Origin: Eledone cirrhosa | Lineage: Eukaryota | DNA length: 64,000 bases | Reading direction: 5' to 3' | Assembly: GCA_964016885.1 (NCBI GenBank) | Contig: OZ024741.1 | Span: 128,030,001 to 128,094,000 of the forward strand | Part shown: positions 55,866-64,000 of the stretch, in pieces | Layout of the letters: every line of letters begins with the position of its first letter | Position numbering within the stretch: position 1 is the stretch's first letter | The notes under the pieces: generated by a model | Database searches by the model: none | The model's input: only the letters and a program-made list of their open reading frames with translations | What the model was told of the DNA's origin: nothing | Position numbers and translations under genes: made by a program

Positions 55866-56240
55866 ATGGAAAATGAAGATTCAGTGATGCATCGGAACTC
55901 AATTTATTACGTATTACAATTGTTTCTCCGGCGAACAGCTCGAGGTGCGATCTGTTTGCGGATCGAACCTGACTCTGATTTCGCAAGTTCCTCAGATACG
56001 TCTGTTGGTTTCAAAGCAAATTCTCTTTCTAAAGGTTTCCGATCTTCCGAGTCTATATCATCCGCCTTCATCCACAAACAGATCGCACCCCGAGCTGTTC
56101 GCCGGAGAAACAATTGTACTACGTAATAAATTGAGTTCCGATGCAACACTGATTCTTCGTTTTCCATTTTATCATACTCTGCTCCGTTGGAGCATAGAGT
56201 GCTCAACCGGCATACCGCCTATGGACGCATCTTATTTACC
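55866..56240 (-). mobile_element. pLTR-like element with 5' inversion (55866-55962 / 56070-56167) and a long-stem-II HHR at 55909-56001
   Basis: acgtat-CTGAGGA-acttgcgaa...ttcgccgga-GAAA-caattg-TA-atacgt. Homologous to 45195-45420. Confidence 0.78.
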
Positions 56241-56309
56241 ATAGGACACAAACACGCACACACACGCACATATATATATATATATATAATATATATTACT
56301 GAATATTTG

Positions 56310-56640
56310 TCGATATTTGTATTGTCTCGGGAAATTTGTTTTAGTAATTTGAAGAAACATTTAACCACTGCAGCAGAAACTGCTAAATTGAAGGGTGGAT
56401 TACACCAACTTATGTTTCTGGGTCGGGTATTAGCATTGTTATATTTTACCGAATTCTTCAATATTTTCTCCTTAGCAAATAGGTTTGATACTTTAATGGA
56501 TATATTCTTTACACAATTACTCGTAATAATTTTAGGGTGATAACAGTATATGTTGATGCAAAGGAGTTCATTATAGAGAATTATAAAGGTTCCAGGTAAA
56601 ACCAAGGAAATCACATCGAATTAATTCGGTATCCAGAGTA
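56310..56640 (-). pseudogene. Degenerate Hydra-like PLE RT thumb fragment
   Basis: CYHPKII...RPRNISWCNPPFNLAV...KCFFKLL, homologous to SNHPRSV...RNILWFAPPFSLSI...KLFFKAL at 52110-52440. Confidence 0.7.
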
Positions 56641-56729
56641 ATCTGAAAGTTGAAGACATAAGAGTGTAGCTTTTTAAAATAAATTTACCAGTTGTGCGTG
56701 AAACCAAGGTATGGAAGTAATTACAGATA

Positions 56730-56832
<103 letters not shown>

Positions 56833-57010
56833 CGTGTGTGTGTGTGTGTACATGTGTATGTGTGTGTGTTTGCAGTTTTCAACACTGCATCAGTCTACAA
56901 AATCTCAGTTGATAGCGCACACATATATAATACATACATATATTCACATACACACACACACATATATATATATATATACGTATATATATGTACATATATA
57001 TATATATACA

Positions 57011-57074
<64 letters not shown>

Positions 57075-57258
57075 ATATATATATACATATATATATATAT
57101 AGAGAGAGAGCGAGAGAGAGAGAGGGAGGGGAGAGAAAGAAAGAGAGGTGTAGGTAAAGAGAATGACAAATAAAGATCGTGCTTATATGATACGCGAGTA
57201 CATGTGTGTGAGTGTGCGTATGTTTGTGTATGTGTGTGTGCGTATGTGTATGTGTATG

Positions 57259-57353
<95 letters not shown>

Positions 57354-57524
57354 TAAAATGAAGGGTATGAGGAGATGGATTAGAAGATGATTTAAGGGAA
57401 ATAGGAAAAAGATCTCTTTCAGAGATACAGAAGGCTATTTGATAAAGCTATCAGCGATTTGATATCTGTGATATGCTAGAATGATATAATGGGAGCGAAT
57501 TATCAGGACGGGAGAGCTGGCTAT

Positions 57525-57855
57525 CTGTGGTGGTGGTGGTGGTGGTGGTGGTGGTGGTGGGAATGGGGGAGCTGGCTGTCTGTGGTGGTGATGGTGGTGG
57601 TAGTGGGGGATCTGGCTGTCTGTGGTGGTGATGGTAGTGGAGGTGGTAGTAGTAGTGGTGGTGGTTGTGATGGTAGTGGTGATGGTGGTTGTGGTGATGG
57701 TGGTGCTGGTGCTGGTGCTGGTTGTAATAGTGGTGGTTGTGGTGGTGGTGTTGGTGTTGGTGGTGGCGGTGGTTGTGGTGGTGATGGTGGTGCTAGTAAT
57801 GGTGGTGATGGTAGTGGTGATGTGGTGGTTGTGGTGGTGGTGGTGGTGGTGGTGG

Positions 57856-57886
<31 letters not shown>

Positions 57887-58205
57887 TGTAATAGTGGTGG
57901 TTGTGGTGGTAGTGTTGGTCTTGGTGGTGGCGGTGGTTGTGGTGGTGATGGTGGTGGTGGTGGTGGTGGTGGTGGTAGTAATGGTGGTGATGGTAGTGGT
58001 GATGGTGGTGGTAATGGTGGTGGTTGTCATAGTGGTGCTGATTAGTGGCGTTGGATGTGGTGGTAATGGTGATGGTGATGGTGGAGAAGGTGGTGCTGGT
58101 CATGATTGTTGTGGTGGTGATGATGATTGTGTTGGTGTTGGCTATGGTGGTACTAGTTATGTTGGTGATGGTGGTTGTGGTGGTGGAAATGGTAACGATG
58201 TTGGT
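57525..58205. repeat. Degenerate (GGT)n trinucleotide array
   Basis: Direct reading. Confidence 0.9.
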
Positions 58206-58824
58206 GTTGGCTATGGCTGTGATATTGGCGATGAGAGTCTAGTTGATCGGGGGAGTGAGAAGGACCCTTATCAAGAAAAGGGCACGGGTAGAGGTGGAGA
58301 AGGGAATGAAGAGATGTTAGATGGGTTAGGCGTGCGGTGGGGGTGTGCGGGGAGACATTAGAGAGGAAGAGAAGTTTATGTTTGAAATCACATTATATCT
58401 GAGTGTGATACAGGTATGAGGCTCAGCTTGCCGATATTTCGAGTACGATATATTTTGAAGAGGTGGTCAGTTGAAGAAGGCGTTGATGAAAGGAGATATA
58501 TAAATGGGATGTGGTGTGTAGTGTGTGGTGGGTGGTGTGGGATGTAGGGTGTGTGAAGTTTCTGGAATAGGTGAAGTGGATTGTTAGTTTGATTTGCAAA
58601 TTAGAACTATGTATGTATGTATGTATATATATATATATATATATTTCGTTTCTGAATTTGTTTAGCAAGATTCTTTATCTGAAAACGTGTGTTGAAACCG
58701 ATATTGTTATACTTTGGGAGGGTCATGTTGCCAATAAGAAACACACGCACTAGTTGCTTTCACTTCAATTTATACATTTCCGGTTGGTTGGTTGGTTCCA
58801 CAACCAGATGGTTGTTTATATATT

Positions 58825-58867
58825 GTCAAAGTTCTTTCGTCACACATTCTGTGACCTCTTCAGTGAC
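58825..58867 (-). ncRNA. Minimal type I hammerhead ribozyme (family A pLTR)
   Basis: gtca-CTGAAGA-g-gtcaca-gaatg-tgtgac-GAAA-gaac-TT-tgac. Confidence 0.78.
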
Positions 58868-59068
58868 TGGGGTTCTTTTCTTTGTTTTTTGTGCCTCTCC
58901 TTTGTTCTGTCCTACGCCATCTTGTTTTTGTGTGTGTGTTGTGTGCTTAGTTTGTGCATGTGTTACATCCGGGTGTCTGTGTGTGTTTATATTCGTTTAT
59001 TTATTTGTTTATTTACATGTTACTGGTTGGTTGTTTGTTCTATGTGCGTGTGTGTTTTCATTTTGTCC

Positions 59069-61951
59069 TTAATTGTAAGTTGTGATGTTGCTGTTCCACT
59101 CATGTTTTCTATTTAATTTTGGTTGTAATTCATTTATGTTTATTGCCTCTGTGATTTGTCTAAACATTGCGTCTTTTCTGTGTGTAGATTCTATTTTTAT
59201 TTCTATGTTCTCTAATTTACCCTTATGTTCTATTTTAGCATGTTGGTAGAGTACAGATGATTCTTTACTATCTTGAAGGTCTCGCCAGTGTTCATTTATC
59301 CGTTCCCCTATACTACGAGCTGTCTCACCTATGTACACTATATTTTTATCTCTACATTGTCCTTCAGTACATCTTATGCTATATACTACATTTCTAGTTT
59401 TACAGTTAATATGGGGGCTTAATTTACAGATTATACATTTCTTATCTATACAGGGAGGTCTTTGAAAAGGGTATGTCTTGCTAATAAGTGTTTTTATGGA
59501 GGTACCTGGTATATCTTAATATTGAGTTTATGTTTATCTAGGGCCCTTCTAAATTTGTAAGCTAATTCACCTCTAGGGGTTGTATCGATGAACATTACAC
59601 TCTGGTATTTATTGCTATCATACCATGAGTTTATTCTATTAGCCTTATTCCTAGTTCTTTCTATTCTATTCCAAAATTTGCTCCTATACAAGAGGCAGGT
59701 CCCATTTGTGTCATTATTTACCATTATTTACCATTATTTACTATGGTGGATTGGCAGTATCGGTAGAGGGTCGGACGCCATGATTTCCAGCATAGTTACG
59801 TCCCTTTACGATCTGAGTTCAAATCCCGCCGAGGTTGACTTTGCCTTTCATCCTTACGGGGTCGATAAAATAAAGTACCAGTAATGCACTGGGTAATTGC
59901 TGGCCATGTGCCTAAAGTAGAAACAATTATTTACCATTTTTTCCCATTTGGTTCTGGCTCCTCTATATACTCTGATTTTATATCTCTGATTGTAACCAGA
60001 GAACTGCATACGGTGGATGAAGTGTTGTATGTGTCTCTCTAGTTCTTCGGGGTTGCACATGCGGGACACATTTCTCATCACCCGTACCAAATCCGCAATC
60101 AGTATGTTGATTTTGGTATGGTCCGAAACAGCTGAGTTTCGGTGGATCAGGTACTTGGAAGTCATGGGTTTGGCATAATGGGAATGGAGGATTTGTTTTT
60201 TGTTATTAATGGTATCTAACCAGAGCTCTGTGTCTAGTACAAGTAATCGATGGTTGGGGTGTTTGCTTGGGTAGTCTATAGTAACTCTAATACTCTGGTG
60301 GATGGAGTTAGCTATTTGCAGGATGCTTTCCATTGTGTTTTTCTCTAATTCCTGACTGTTCTCTAGTGGGGGTGTTTTAACTATGATGTTTATATCATCA
60401 ACGTAGCGGGAGTACATTATCAGGGTTAAGGGGTCTTCTAATTGTTCTTTAAGTTTAAGTTTAAGTCTACTGTCCCACCATACCATGAATAAGTTAGCTA
60501 TGTCGCCTGCAATGCTAACACCAATGGCTGCTCCCTCCTCTTGGGCATATGTTTTTGCATTAAATTTGAACATATGTTCCTTAAGGGTTAATTTTTTGCT
60601 GGCCCCCACCGCATGTGCAATCATTTTCTTTAGTTCATCGTGGTTTTCGGGGGTCCGTATGGCTCTGGTCCACCCGTTCCATCTATCTGTGTGGGTTTTC
60701 TTGGCCATTGAGGTAATGGTAGGTGGTCTGCCCCCTGCTGGTCTTGTAGGGCACAGGTTGCTAAGGTCATATGTGTCTAGATAATTATTACTATAGGTAA
60801 GTTTAAGTAGGAGTCCCAGCTCACTGGTATCAATCCCACGGAATTCAACATTGCTATCACTGATCATTTCTACGCATTTCTCCACAGCAAGATCCACGTC
60901 AATAGATGGATACATGGACACAACATCCATACCTATTATGCAGTTTGCTAAGTCCCTAGATCGGTTACTCTCGCCGATTCTGCTGAGGAGGTCCTCCGTG
61001 CTGTCACATACGTCTGGGGACATTTCAATGATGGGGCGTATGATCAGGGAGAGGAAGTAGGACAGTCTGTAGTTACTAGCAATGTTAGTTCCACAGACTG
61101 GCCGTGTTGGTGGTCCCGTGACAGGGTCACTGCTCGTTTTATGGTCTTTTCGAAGCCCATACAACGCTGGCACGTCATTGTTCCAGGCCTGGAAGTTGTT
61201 GGCAGTCCTTTTGTTGGGCTGCATTATATTTGTCCACATCACCATATGGGCATTGAAGGCTTTTTCTCTATCCTCATGCTCTTGTGGTGTTACTTCTCTT
61301 GTGTTAGTGATGTGGGGTTGCATTGCCTGGATGTAGTTTGGAAGACTGTCAACCGACATTCTACCAGACTTGTCTGTTGGAAAGCATGCTATCTCTCCAT
61401 TACGAGAGCGCTGCATGAGCTTACGCAAGCCATTTGCAGATTTTTCTCCCAGTTGCTGGGCCTCCATTCTATTATGCTTCTTTCTATACTGTTCTATAAT
61501 ATTTTTAAGTTTAGATCTAGCTATACTAAATTGTGCTTCTGTTTGTTCATCGACCTGCGACGGAAATTGCGTGCGTTTGTTAAAAGCTAAAGTCGTGGCG
61601 TGGACTCGTCGCAGGTCGAACGACTTATCGGAGGGATTATAAAAAGTAGAGTTCCAGGCTGCTCCTTTATGTGTACTAGTGCTATTGTTATTGTTAGTTG
61701 TGTTGTTTCTATTTCTATTTCCACCAACAGCCTCATGGTTGTTTCTATGTCTCTCATTATTACTACTGTCTCTTTCCTCTGGCTCATTTTGTGTGTCTGT
61801 GTGTTCGTCTTGGTTATTTTCTCTGTCCATAGTCTCCCTTCTCCTTTCAATCCTATTACCTTCCTTTATTTCTGTGCTACTGTCATTACCTCTTTTCTGT
61901 GTCTGTGTGTTTGTTAAGATTGTGGTGGTGGTGAGAGGCATTGAATGTGTG

Positions 61952-61982
<31 letters not shown>

Positions 61983-62058
61983 GATGTGTGCTGTTGTTGT
62001 TGTCTCCGTGTATGTTATTATTGTTGTGTGTGTTGTTATTGTTGTTTGTGTCTGCGTG

Positions 62059-62060
<2 letters not shown>
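59069..62060 (-). pseudogene. PLE RT plus GIY-YIG ORF broken by a SINE (59745-59925) and a frameshift near 59505
   Basis: PTDKSGR, LYGLRKDHK, PTRPVCG, MDVVSMYPSI, QEEGAAIG, RYVDD, then CIDKKCIIC-x7-CKTRNVVYSIRC..C..VYIGETARSIGERINEH...QH...H...EA..I...P.LNRK. Confidence 0.93.
59745..59925 (+). mobile_element. Full-length SINE inserted in the PLE ORF
   Basis: A and B boxes plus core, flanked by attatttac(c)a repeats. Confidence 0.92.
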
Positions 62061-62100
<40 letters not shown>

Positions 62101-62104
<4 letters not shown>

Positions 62105-62267
62105 CGAAACATAAGTCAATTGCATGAACTCATAATCCTTTATTTACTGCTATATATATTTCGATGATAGCCATTGAATGGCTATGACCTCATCAGGCAG
62201 TTAGTCAGTTCTTAGATATGCCAGCTCTGTGTTTATGTGTTTATAGTGTTGATGGTATCAGAGCCTT
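62101..62267 (-). mobile_element. Family B short element with an HHR at 62146-62201
   Basis: Near-identical to 15420-15578, with an identical ribozyme. Confidence 0.85.
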
Positions 62268-62286
62268 GGGACATATCTATATCTGG

Positions 62287-62332
<46 letters not shown>

Positions 62333-62974
62333 TCGCACACACAGACACACAAGCCTCCTCCTGCCTTGACCCTCTGACCACTTCCTGTTGCGCGCGCACC
62401 CCACATCTCCCTTCTTCCGACCAACCCAACCACGGATTACACACATTGGACATCGCTCCCAAGAATCTACCACATCCCAAGGATATTACCCAGCATTCCA
62501 CCACATCTCTACGGAACTACCTTAAGGACTCACCCACTGACATACACTAAAAAAAATTTTTTCCCACACGCCACCTACATCCACAACACGTATAAACACC
62601 ACACACACGTGCGTACCACCCCATATTTACACACTCAGCTTCTGGAATCTTCTCCCCCACCCCTCTGACCCCTCCCCATCCACACACGCACACACACACA
62701 CAATCTGACCTACACCCCACCCCCCACACACCTTTTCCTGAACATGCAACTCCGTTCTTCCCCCAACTCTTACTTTCACATACACACAGATACGTACACC
62801 TACACACACACACCACCTTCAGCCCTCCCCGCTCGGACACCCCGCCTCCATCTCCCCACTCCACCCGCCACCACCCCTACACGCCCCACACCCTTCCACC
62901 ACCTGTTTTACTTCATGTTTATTTTTATTTTTATTATGCTTTTATATTTAATTTCATTTGTACCGTTTCCTCTC

Positions 62975-63164
62975 ACCCCCTTTTTTCTATATGTCTCTCC
63001 ACCACTCCCCTACACACCCTTGGAACTCTCTTCCAACACACTTTTCACCTGAAGAAGGGCTTATGCCCGAAACGTCGTTCCCCACCAGCACCCCACTCTC
63101 AAGAGCGTGAAACTAATAAACCTTTGTTCGTACTGCCTCTCTGTTTTGTCCCCGTTCAATTTTT

Positions 63165-63168
<4 letters not shown>
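62975..63168 (+). mobile_element. Family D pLTR-like repeat with an HHR core at 63046-63079
   Basis: CTGAAGA-a-gggc-ttat-gccc-GAAA-cg-TC. Stem I is only about 2 bp. Ends at (TA)n. Confidence 0.65.
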
Positions 63169-63209
<41 letters not shown>

Positions 63210-63636
63210 AGGTGGTGTGTGTGTGTGTGCGTGTGTGTGTAAGAAATGACTGATAAGTTTCAGAAAGTCGGTACAATGCCGTAGAAATATATAAAGATCA
63301 AATGATGACAAATAAAACAAAACAACATAATAAAACATATATCAACAGGTTATTTCAGGGTTAATATCCTCTTTTCAAATATAAAACGAAAACGGCTCAA
63401 AACAAAACCGAACGATCGATGTGTTCTTCCCAGTTGAGGAAATACACTGCGTAAAACATTACTTGGCTTTTGTTTTGTTTGTCCTCCTTTGTCCTCTATA
63501 TATCTACCGCATTGTACAGGCTTTTTGAAACTTAGTCATTTATTATATATCTCCCAATGTTTCGCATAAACTATACTTTAATATATATTACACCTCTATT
63601 TTTTTTAATATATATATATATATTGGTAAACGGAAT

Positions 63637-64000
63637 AGAAAATGCTGACAAATTGTTCACAGTTGAAAAATGGTTTAATTAGGAATAAAAGAGTATTAGT
63701 GATTGTATGGGTTAGTATTCAGTTGTGGTTTTAAGTTTTTAAGTTTTTACCGGTTGCGCATTTCTAAATGCTTTTCAAAAATAATTTTGAGATAGAGTGT
63801 CCGTGTTGTTTGCTCTGATCTGAACAAACAACACGGACACTCTATCTCAAAATTATTTTTGAAAAGCATTTAGAAATGCGCAACCGGTAAAAACTTAAAA
63901 ACTTAAAACCACAACTGAATACTAACCCATACAATTACTAATACTCTTTTATTCCTAATTAAACCATTTTTCAACTGTGAACAATTTGTCAGCATTTTCT
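63637..64000. repeat. Near-perfect palindrome, arms of at least 176 bp with a 12-nt loop, running off the window end
   Basis: 63637-63812 against 63825-64000, one mismatch seen. Confidence 0.92.

Larger units (their letters stand above)
58644..62062 (-). mobile_element. Penelope-like element (Nematis/Neptune-type Cys linker), family A, between (TA)n tracts
   Basis: RT, linker, GIY-YIG and 3' pLTR with HHR are collinear on the minus strand. Confidence 0.92.

Noticed and set aside
57435-58361. Gly-rich, His-rich and Thr-rich ORFs
   Set aside because: Degenerate (GGT)n microsatellite, open in several frames on both strands.
59854-62112. 752-aa ORF as an intact gene
   Set aside because: Its start lies in the unrelated family B element across a (TA)n tract, and its C-terminus is antisense SINE sequence.

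Overview
Animal genomic DNA: AT-rich and saturated with microsatellites. The SINE families and repeat landscape suggest a coleoid cephalopod such as Octopus (inference, not a database result). No host gene exon could be supported, and almost all ORFs in the track are microsatellite read-through. The window is transposon-derived. It holds two near-full Penelope-like retroelements (PLEs, RT plus C-terminal GIY-YIG): a Hydra-clade-like copy at 50711-55412 (+) and a Nematis/Neptune-like copy at 58644-62062 (-). It also holds many PLE pseudo-LTR remnants with 5' inversions, an internally deleted Helitron, three non-autonomous Helitrons, hAT and mariner MITEs, R4/Dong-, RTE-, Tx1- and CRE-like LINE fragments, tRNA-derived SINEs and a 3.6 kb hexamer-variant array. 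The main hidden signal is about 20 type I hammerhead ribozyme (HHR) motifs from about 10 sequence families, nearly all with a palindromic (dimer-type) stem III. Two non-coding tandem arrays carry one HHR per unit (466 and 531 nt units) and look like retrozymes. Several families share an atypical architecture: a 10.1/11.1 mismatch, usually with a very long stem II. All ribozyme folds were derived by eye and need computational and biochemical confirmation.
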